From positions 45,808 to 109,807 of the forward strand of contig CAZMZW010000008.1 in assembly GCA_964571135.1 (NCBI GenBank): 64,000 nt of DNA, read 5' to 3'. The notes beneath the pieces were generated by a model that did no database searches, was not told the origin of the DNA, and saw nothing but the letters and a program-made list of their open reading frames with translations. Source of the DNA: an uncultured Anaerolineaceae bacterium (GTDB lineage Bacteria > Chloroflexota > Anaerolineae > Anaerolineales > Anaerolineaceae). Shown here in pieces: positions 57,317-64,000 of the stretch. How positions within the stretch are numbered: position 1 is the stretch's first letter; each line of letters begins with the position of its first letter. The translations under genes were made by a program, and so were the position numbers.

Positions 57317-58291
57317 ATGGTAATTAAAGATGCGATTGAGGACTATTTGGAAACAGTCAGATTGGCTCGCAGTGCTCACACTGCACGTACCTATCGTAAT
57401 GCGTTGAATCGATTTGTATATTCATTATCAAATAATGGAATAAATGTGAATCAAGATCCCCCTGATTCGCTTAATGAGGATTCAATTGTATTTTTTGCCA
57501 ATGAATTAAAAAACAATTCAGCAACAACCGAGCAACTCTATATCATTGCAGCAAAAGGTTTTTTCGAATACTTATCCGCTGAAAGCCTTTCACCTATCAA
57601 TCTTCCAAAACTGAAATTATTAATTCGACAACGCACACGCCGTCCTGGCAAACGATTACCCCAATTTCCTTCAAATGCCATCAGTAATTTGATAGAATCC
57701 CTAATAATACAGGACACTTGTTCTAATTCGGATGACATTAATGTTAATCTACGCGAAGCTAGGGATCGTGCTTTCCTCATCACCCTTGCTGATACAGGAT
57801 TACGTGTTCATGAAGCATGCAATTTGAGACGGGGCGACATTGACTGGAGTGAAGGAAGAGCACAAATAATCGGCAAAGGAAATAGAGAAGCAATTGTCCG
57901 TTTTTCTCGCCGCAGCCAGAAGGCGATAAAAGATTATCTTCAGCTGAGATCAACATTAGATGGGTCTTCGGGCAAACAGCTGACCTCCCTGCCCCTTTTT
58001 GCGCGGCATGATAAAGGATCGGGTAAAAAAGTAAAACCGATCACACCCACTACAGGGCGTAATATTGTGGCAGAAAAAGTAAAACTATTTTTTGGGGATG
58101 ACATGGTGGGCAAAATCACCCCCCATTCATTTCGTCATTATTTTGTGACTCGCATCTTAATTACGACTGGAAATTTAAAACTTGCCCAGAATCTGGCGCG
58201 ACATCAAAACATAGCAGTAACCCAACGCTATGCTCATTTATCCGATGATGAATTGGATAAGGGTTACTGGAATGTATTCGAGGAAAAATAA
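57317..58291 (+). CDS. tyrosine-type site-specific recombinase (XerC/XerD-like)
   Basis: 324 aa. N-terminal SAM-like core-binding domain. Catalytic residues in TGLRVHEA, HSFRHYF and QRYAHL. Confidence 0.88.
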   Translation: MVIKDAIEDYLETVRLARSAHTARTYRNALNRFVYSLSNNGINVNQDPPDSLNEDSIVFFANELKNNSATTEQLYIIAAKGFFEYLSAESLSPINLPKLKLLIRQRTRRPGKRLPQFPSNAISNLIESLIIQDTCSNSDDINVNLREARDRAFLITLADTGLRVHEACNLRRGDIDWSEGRAQIIGKGNREAIVRFSRRSQKAIKDYLQLRSTLDGSSGKQLTSLPLFARHDKGSGKKVKPITPTTGRNIVAEKVKLFFGDDMVGKITPHSFRHYFVTRILITTGNLKLAQNLARHQNIAVTQRYAHLSDDELDKGYWNVFEEK

Positions 58292-58299
58292 TCAACCCA

Positions 58300-59025
58300 A
58301 TGAATAATAATAAACTTTTTAGAATAATATTACTTCTTGCTCGACCTGCTGCTGGTAAAAGCGAAATTATCCAATATCTCCAGGGTATTACCTTAGAAGA
58401 TAGAATTAATCGTTTTCATATAGGAAGAATCCATGTAATTGACGATTTTCCCATGATCTGGACCTGGTTTGAAGAAGACGCCCTTCTCTCACAGATGGGT
58501 TTTCCCCGAATTTATACTGATAAAGAAGGATATTTCCTTCATCAGTATTTTTGGGATTTATTAATTGAACGAATGAATATCGAATATACGAAATTTAAAC
58601 GCGATAACATAAATTTCGAAGAGCACACTTTAATCATCGAATTTTCAAGAGGAATAGAACATGGTGGTTATGAAAGTGCGTTTGCACATCTCACTAAAGA
58701 AATAGTTGATAATTCTTCAATTCTATACATAGATGTTTCCTGGGAAGAATCTCTGCGAAAAAACCGAAAACGATTCAACCCTGAAAAACCAGACAGTATT
58801 TTAGAGCACTCGTTACCTGATGAAAAACTAACCAGGATGTATTATGAAACTGATTGGGATGAGTTATCAAATAAAAATAGAGAATTTATCAAAATAGGAA
58901 CAAAAATGGTTCCCTATTCAATTTTTGACAATGAGGACGATGTAACTTCTAGGAAAAGCCGGGAGGAACTTGATAAGAGATTAAAAATCTCTCTCGACAA
59001 ACTTTGGGTAAACTACTTACATTAA
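58300..59025 (+). CDS. P-loop NTPase/kinase-like hypothetical protein
   Basis: 241 aa. Walker A-like ARPAAGKS near the N-terminus. Lies 8 nt after the recombinase stop. Family not recognised. Confidence 0.5.
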   Translation: MNNNKLFRIILLLARPAAGKSEIIQYLQGITLEDRINRFHIGRIHVIDDFPMIWTWFEEDALLSQMGFPRIYTDKEGYFLHQYFWDLLIERMNIEYTKFKRDNINFEEHTLIIEFSRGIEHGGYESAFAHLTKEIVDNSSILYIDVSWEESLRKNRKRFNPEKPDSILEHSLPDEKLTRMYYETDWDELSNKNREFIKIGTKMVPYSIFDNEDDVTSRKSREELDKRLKISLDKLWVNYLH

Positions 59026-59073
59026 AATTGATTTTATTCTGTCCTGAGACTTATCCATTAAGTAAGAATTAAA

Positions 59074-61095
59074 CTAAATTAGTTCTTCTCGAATCTTTGC
59101 ACTTGCAAAATCCATTAAGGCTACAACAACTACAATGAATAAGACAACAGTTCCAGCTTTATGGTATTGAAGGCTTCCAAAAAAAGTGGAGAGAGTCAAT
59201 CCTATTCCACCACCCCCGGCAAACCCAATTATGGTTGCCATACGAATGTTAATGTCCCATTGATAAACGATGTAAGAGACAAAAGAGGGAACAATCTGGG
59301 GAATAATGGCATAAAATATCATTTGTAGTTTATTTGAACCCGTTGCCGTTATAGCTTCAATGGGTCCGGTTTCAATATTCTCGATAGCCTCGGAAAATAG
59401 CTTACCGATCAAACCAAAGGTTGTCACGGACAAAGCCAGCATTCCAGCAAATGGACCAATCCCAACCCAATAGACAAAAACTGCTGCATAGAGTAACGCT
59501 TCAATTGAACGAAGGAAATTGAAAACGAATCTAGTAATGTAATATATCCAAGAGAGAAATCGGCTTTTTCCTGTCAGATTTTTAGCTGCTAAAAAGCTAA
59601 AAGGTACTGCCAGAATAGCTCCAAGGAATGTCGCCAGCATGGCTTGAAGAATGGTGATGATCATCTGCTTAGAAACCAAATTTATTACTTCAGCTGAAAG
59701 GTCAATACTTGTGAAATCTTTAAGAATTTGGAGAAATGTTGGTCCTGGGTCTATCAAGCTCTTTAGGCTTATTTCAGTAATATTCCAACAATAGATCAAA
59801 GCTGCCAAACCCAAAATAATGTATATTATTGGTTTTAGAGAACCAAGTGCTCCCTGTTTTCTGGGTGTCTTGGGTTTATCCAGCATAATGTATTCGCGCC
59901 AACGTGAACTGATATAGTCAACTATGATGATGATTGCAGCTATTGCCCATAGCGCGGCAGCATACTCTTGATAGGCGCCCATCCGTATAGTCTCAAGAAC
60001 AAAGTAACCAATACCACCACCTGCAACAAAACCTACCACTGTGGCAGATCTCATATTGATATCCCATCGCAACAATGTGTAGCCCAGAAATGGTGGAGTT
60101 ATCTGAGGGATTACCCCATAGCGGATCACCTGCATGGTATTACCACCTGAAGCAGTGATTGCCTCAACCGGACCCGGATCAATATGTTCAATTTCCTCTG
60201 AGTACAATTTGGCGAGAGCAGCAGCGGAATGGATGGTCAGCGCAATCACGCCGGCAAATGATCCCAAACCTACCCAGACGATAACCAGGATTCCCCATAC
60301 AATGGTATCTACTGCCCGACCAAGATTGAAGATTGTTCTCATTATGAAATAAAAAATATTTCCACCGGGCACCCTTTCCATGATGTTCTTCGCTCCTAAA
60401 AAACTAAGAGGGAATGCAATAATGGTAGAAAACAAAGTAGCCATTAGACCGATGGCGATCGTCTCAATCAATTTACCAGTAATAAAGGTTGGCTTGATGG
60501 GATCTCCTAGCGAGGAAACGTTTTGAATTTTACCGAAAATATCTCCCGTATTATCGCTGAAGCGGATGTTCTGAGTGGGTTGACTAGTTATTTTATTTTC
60601 CAAATTAAGCCACAAGCAATCCCATGAACAGATCTCGTCCACACCATTAACATCCACTGTAAAATAATCAGGATTGATAATTCTGGTGGCAACAATTTTC
60701 GCATCGTTTATTCGTTCAACTAATCGATATGGTTTTACTTCCGTTACCTCCCAGGCAATAATAAAAAGAATTATGACCGCGCAAAGAACACCTGGCAAAA
60801 CACTGGCAGTTTTGACTTTTCGGAGATTTACAGAATCAATAACGTTCCATATCCAAAATAAAACCAGAGGAATAGAAAGCCATGAAATATTCGAATTCCC
60901 AAGGCGAAATTCTGCAGTGCCATAAAGAGTAAATGCCCATACAATTAGAAAAGTTAATAAAATGGCAGAAATAAATATCGTTATCCCGCGCCACCTTTTT
61001 TTTTGAAGAAATTGTCCCAAACCAGGAATAATTACAGAAGACAAAGGGATCGAAAAAGAATTAGAATGTTTTAATTGAGGATTTCTATCTGTCAT
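59074..61095 (-). CDS. phnE: phosphonate ABC transporter permease, tandem-fused PhnE-PhnE with N-terminal extension
   Basis: 673 aa. Two PhnE-type modules, each with the EA-loop (EAITASGG / EAITATGS). They are preceded by ~190 aa containing 3 TM helices and a soluble loop. Confidence 0.85.
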   Translation of the reverse strand: MTDRNPQLKHSNSFSIPLSSVIIPGLGQFLQKKRWRGITIFISAILLTFLIVWAFTLYGTAEFRLGNSNISWLSIPLVLFWIWNVIDSVNLRKVKTASVLPGVLCAVIILFIIAWEVTEVKPYRLVERINDAKIVATRIINPDYFTVDVNGVDEICSWDCLWLNLENKITSQPTQNIRFSDNTGDIFGKIQNVSSLGDPIKPTFITGKLIETIAIGLMATLFSTIIAFPLSFLGAKNIMERVPGGNIFYFIMRTIFNLGRAVDTIVWGILVIVWVGLGSFAGVIALTIHSAAALAKLYSEEIEHIDPGPVEAITASGGNTMQVIRYGVIPQITPPFLGYTLLRWDINMRSATVVGFVAGGGIGYFVLETIRMGAYQEYAAALWAIAAIIIIVDYISSRWREYIMLDKPKTPRKQGALGSLKPIIYIILGLAALIYCWNITEISLKSLIDPGPTFLQILKDFTSIDLSAEVINLVSKQMIITILQAMLATFLGAILAVPFSFLAAKNLTGKSRFLSWIYYITRFVFNFLRSIEALLYAAVFVYWVGIGPFAGMLALSVTTFGLIGKLFSEAIENIETGPIEAITATGSNKLQMIFYAIIPQIVPSFVSYIVYQWDINIRMATIIGFAGGGGIGLTLSTFFGSLQYHKAGTVVLFIVVVVALMDFASAKIREELI

Positions 61096-61133
61096 TTTAA
61101 TTAGAATATATCATGTAATAATGAATATTAATT

Positions 61134-61892
61134 TTATGTAATCGAGATCTTTTCGGCTTCCTGTCCATAGATCGCTTTGAATTGAATATCGTCGATCTGT
61201 TTGGGCAATCCTTCAAATACCACGTTTCCATCTTTAAGCGCGATTGCACTGGTTGCGTACCTGTGCACTAAATCAAGAAAATGTAAACTACAGAGTACTG
61301 TCATTCCTCTTTCTTTATTTAATTGTTCCAAGTATTTAAGTATGGAATGAGCCAGGACCGGGTCAAGTGAAGCTACCGGTTCATCTGCCAGAATCATCTT
61401 TGGGTCCTGCATTAGAGCTCTTGCGATACCCACCCGCTGCTGCTGCCCGCCAGAAAGTGAATCAGCCCGGACATGGGCCTTTTCCGATAAATCCAACTGT
61501 TCCAAATTCCTCAATACTCTGGCATGGTCTTCTTTGGAAAATATTTGTAATAGACTTGGTAAAGTATCCACATACCCCAACCTACCGGCTAATACGTTTG
61601 TATAAACTGATGATCGTTTAACTAAATTGAATTGCTGAAAAACCATCCCAATCTGCCGGCGGATCATTCGAATTTCTTTCCCTTTGGCAGCGGTAATATC
61701 CAGCCCATTCCAGGTAATTTTTCCTGATGTGGGTTCTATCAAACGATTAATACATCTAAGAAGGGTTGACTTTCCAGAACCACTTAAGCCAATGACAGCT
61801 AAAAATTCACCATCCTCAACGCTAAAGCTCACATCATTCAACGCCACAACTCCATTAGGATAAACTTTTCGCAAGTGTTCAATTTTTAGCAT
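61134..61892 (-). CDS. phnC: phosphonate ABC transporter ATP-binding protein
   Basis: 252 aa. Motifs GLSGSGKSTLLRCINRL, LSGGQQQR and ILADEP. AAGGTGGA SD upstream. Confidence 0.92.
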   Translation of the reverse strand: MLKIEHLRKVYPNGVVALNDVSFSVEDGEFLAVIGLSGSGKSTLLRCINRLIEPTSGKITWNGLDITAAKGKEIRMIRRQIGMVFQQFNLVKRSSVYTNVLAGRLGYVDTLPSLLQIFSKEDHARVLRNLEQLDLSEKAHVRADSLSGGQQQRVGIARALMQDPKMILADEPVASLDPVLAHSILKYLEQLNKERGMTVLCSLHFLDLVHRYATSAIALKDGNVVFEGLPKQIDDIQFKAIYGQEAEKISIT

Positions 61893-61965
61893 TAGTCCAC
61901 CTTAGAATATTTTTTCAAACTCCAATAATTATATACAAATGATGTATGGATAGCGAATTATAATT

Positions 61966-62004
61966 AAATAAAAATCTGGTTGGTCTTCAAGAGACCAACC
62001 AGAT
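61966..62004 (-). terminator. strong hairpin plus T-tract between phnD and phnC
   Basis: 13-bp perfect stem ATCTGGTTGGTCT / AGACCAACCAGAT with a 5-nt loop (61974-62004). On the minus strand it is followed by TTTTTATTT. Confidence 0.75.
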
Positions 62005-62017
62005 GATATCGATAAAC

Positions 62018-62986
62018 CTATTTAACCATTGTCGCAGGATCAACCCCAGCTTTTTTCAATAGAGCAGCAAAATTATCATAGAAAGTGGCGTCAATTCGCT
62101 GATAACCATTGATATTGTAAAGATCTTTTAGGAATTGTTTTGCGGTTGCATCAACTGACATTTCCATTAATGCATCAGTGATGGTTTTTTGGGTAGCTGG
62201 ATCTAATTGTTTAATATATTGAACACCATCATTAGGAATCCTTTCAGTCAATCCAAAAACCCTTAATGCAGTAGCAATATCTGTATAAGTTTCTTGTAGT
62301 TTTGCCGCCGCATCAGTTCGAATATCAATGTAAGCAACACCTGCGTCGCAATCACCTTTGTAGACTGCGATAGCAACTTTATCATGACCACCAGCATTCA
62401 CAACAGCCTTAAAATCTTTTGTCGGATCAATTCCGATTGCTTTAAACATCATATTTGGCACAACATAACCAGAAGTAGAAACTGAATCAACAAAACAAAA
62501 TGTTTTGCCCTTTACATCTGCGAGAGTTTTGATATCAGAATTAGCTTTCGTTAAGAATTCACCTTTATAGAAAGTCTGCATGGTGTCTTTCAGAGACGCA
62601 TCAGGATCAGCAAAATCAGCGGGCGTTGCATACTTACGAACCACTGCGATTGCAGGAATAACTCCATACTTCTGTTCGGCAAGTAGTACCGAGAAGGTAT
62701 TTAGAAAGCCAATCTGGGCTTTTTGAGCACCCATCGCTTCAATTGATGCACCAAAGGAAGTACCTACTTCGATTTTGAAAGAAAGTCCTGTCTTTTTACT
62801 TAGCCAATCTGCTATTTGAGTACCCGCTTTAGTGATCTTACCGGTATCACCGGAGGGGACGAAAGTAATGACAATAGGTTCTTCAGGTGTTCCCCATTTT
62901 TTTGCTGGTCCGCATGCTGTCACAGCAACAGAGACAATCAATATGATTGCCAGGCAAAGAAACATACTTCTCTTCGCTATATTCAT
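62018..62986 (-). CDS. phnD: phosphonate/phosphite ABC transporter substrate-binding lipoprotein
   Basis: The ATG at 62986 follows a GGAGGA SD. Signal peptide with lipobox VTAC. PhnD-type motifs (FVPSGD, STSGYVVP). Confidence 0.88.
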   Translation of the reverse strand: MNIAKRSMFLCLAIILIVSVAVTACGPAKKWGTPEEPIVITFVPSGDTGKITKAGTQIADWLSKKTGLSFKIEVGTSFGASIEAMGAQKAQIGFLNTFSVLLAEQKYGVIPAIAVVRKYATPADFADPDASLKDTMQTFYKGEFLTKANSDIKTLADVKGKTFCFVDSVSTSGYVVPNMMFKAIGIDPTKDFKAVVNAGGHDKVAIAVYKGDCDAGVAYIDIRTDAAAKLQETYTDIATALRVFGLTERIPNDGVQYIKQLDPATQKTITDALMEMSVDATAKQFLKDLYNINGYQRIDATFYDNFAALLKKAGVDPATMVK

Positions 62987-63037
62987 ATATTCCTCCATCA
63001 AAATAGTTTGAATTTGGTAACGAATATTACCAATGTA

Positions 63038-63066
63038 ACTATAGCAAATAATTCCTATAATTTCAA
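63038..63066 (-). promoter_or_regulatory. sigma70-type promoter for phnD
   Basis: On the minus strand: TTGAAA (63066-63061), 17 nt, TGC-TATAGT (63046-63038, extended -10). About 50 nt upstream of the phnD ATG. Confidence 0.6.
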
Positions 63067-63092
63067 GTTATCTATCTTAACAAATCGGTTAC

Positions 63093-63104
63093 ATATATAT
63101 ATAT
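63093..63104. repeat. (AT)6 dinucleotide repeat
   Basis: atatatatatat read directly in the phnD/glpK divergent intergenic region. Confidence 0.9.
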
Positions 63105-63125
63105 TTCTTTGAAATTTCAGTTGAA

Positions 63126-63134
63126 TGCTATAAT
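63126..63134 (+). promoter_or_regulatory. extended -10 element upstream of glpK
   Basis: TGCTATAAT lies 58 nt upstream of the glpK ATG. No good -35 at 17 nt. Confidence 0.45.
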
Positions 63135-63191
63135 TTTTCTACTTAATCCATTTATTTCTTAAGTAATCTCAATCTTTTTGGAGAAATATCA

Positions 63192-64000
63192 ATGAAGTAT
63201 GTAGTTGCACTTGATCAAGGAACAACCAGTACCCGCTGCATTATTTTTGATCATTCCGCCAACATCATCAGCATGGATCAAATGGAACATCAGCAGATAT
63301 ATCCACAGCCGGGTTGGGTTGAGCATGATGCCCTGGAAATATGGAACAATACCCAGAAAGTCCTATATAACGCGATTCACAAAGCAAATATTGAAATAAA
63401 TGAAATTGCATCAATCGGGATCACCAATCAACGCGAAACAACCTTATTGTGGAATCCAAAAACCGGGCAGCCGTATGGAAATGCCATTGTGTGGCAAGAT
63501 ACCCGAACTTCAGATATTTGTAATGTATTAATTAAAAATGGCGGGCAGGATCAATTACGAAAAATAACAGGTTTACCCATTGCCACCTATTTTTCCGGTC
63601 CAAAGATCAAATGGCTTTTTGATAATGATCCTGAATTATTCGCAAAAGCAAATAATGGTGAAGTCCTGTTTGGCAATATGGATACCTGGCTGATCTGGAA
63701 TCTGACTGGCAGGAGCGATGGTGGAATTCATATAACCGACGTTACAAATGCCTCGCGGACCCAGTTAATGAATCTAGACACATTGGAATGGGATCAAGAT
63801 ATTCTCAAATTATTGGATGTTCCGATAAATATCCTGCCTGTTATTAAATCTTCCTCAGAAGTGTATGGGGAATCCAAAGTGCCTATCGCTGGCATTCCTA
63901 TCTCTGGCGATCTGGGTGATCAGCAAGCCGCATTATTTGGGCAAACCTGCTTCGAGCCTGGAGAAGCAAAGAACACCTATGGTACTGGTTGTTTTATGTT
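63192..64000 (+). CDS. glpK: glycerol kinase (5' partial, runs off the window)
   Basis: My own translation from the ATG at 63192 (GGAGA SD 7 nt upstream): [21 protein letters not shown]...[11 protein letters not shown]...[13 protein letters not shown]...[11 protein letters not shown]. This is canonical GlpK. It is not in the ORF track because the frame stays open to the window end. Confidence 0.93.
   Translation, partial: MKYVVALDQGTTSTRCIIFDHSANIISMDQMEHQQIYPQPGWVEHDALEIWNNTQKVLYNAIHKANIEINEIASIGITNQRETTLLWNPKTGQPYGNAIVWQDTRTSDICNVLIKNGGQDQLRKITGLPIATYFSGPKIKWLFDNDPELFAKANNGEVLFGNMDTWLIWNLTGRSDGGIHITDVTNASRTQLMNLDTLEWDQDILKLLDVPINILPVIKSSSEVYGESKVPIAGIPISGDLGDQQAALFGQTCFEPGEAKNTYGTGCFM

Noticed and set aside
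57188-57379. 63-aa minus-strand ORF overlapping the recombinase start
   Set aside because: It is an Ile/Leu-rich translation of AT-rich DNA with no SD, and it overlaps a well-supported gene start.
55416-58291. Integron hypothesis (intI-like recombinase with attI and cassettes running towards larA)
   Set aside because: The genes on the putative cassette side (asp23, nusB) form a conserved core operon. The short palindrome after larA (AACCCTTAAGGTT) does not fit the attC R''/R' consensus. I could not identify the IntI-specific extra domain.
63205-63399. 64-aa ORF listed in the track
   Set aside because: It is out of frame within the clear glpK reading frame, which starts at 63192.
1-64000. 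CRISPR arrays, rRNA genes, IS transposases and prophage structural genes
   Set aside because: I scanned every intergenic region. None shows regularly spaced direct repeats or rRNA-like conserved blocks. No ORF shows DDE or HUH transposase motifs, or capsid or terminase-like features.

Overview
A gene-dense (~90% coding) bacterial chromosomal window with 59 supported CDS and one tRNA-Arg(UCU). I saw no rRNA, CRISPR array or transposase. Several blocks keep gene orders I recall from Bacillus: coaD-recG-DegV-DAK2-Asp23 with divergent rpmB and rpe, Asp23-nusB, and yqeY / pgpH / ybeY / dgkA. This Terrabacteria-type backbone, the F420 genes and the low, patchy GC fit a Chloroflexota/Anaerolineae-like organism. 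That placement is a guess and cannot be proven from this window. Accessory content: (1) a divergent 12-gene carbohydrate locus (13.2-25.8 kb). It pairs an isomerase, FGGY kinase and class I aldolase with a GHMP sugar-1-kinase, an MBL hydrolase, a TIM paralog, YjbQ, a DeoR regulator and a PotD/AfuA/PhnS-type (non-sugar-type) ABC importer. (2) An F420 block (fno-cofE-cofD-cofC-LLM oxidoreductase) lying between an SsnA-like amidohydrolase and a Mo-hydroxylase with MocA. (3) An MrfA/MrfB-like helicase-exonuclease operon whose helicase carries an HNH insertion. (4) A translationally coupled pair of unrecognisable proteins (527 aa + 145 aa). (5) A 581-bp AT-rich non-coding gap in front of a Xer-like recombinase and a P-loop protein. 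(6) phnDCE with a fused PhnE. I see no clear-cut novel system. The best candidates are the carbohydrate locus, the orphan pair and the HNH-bearing helicase. All homology calls rest on motif recognition by eye and need HMM or BLAST confirmation.
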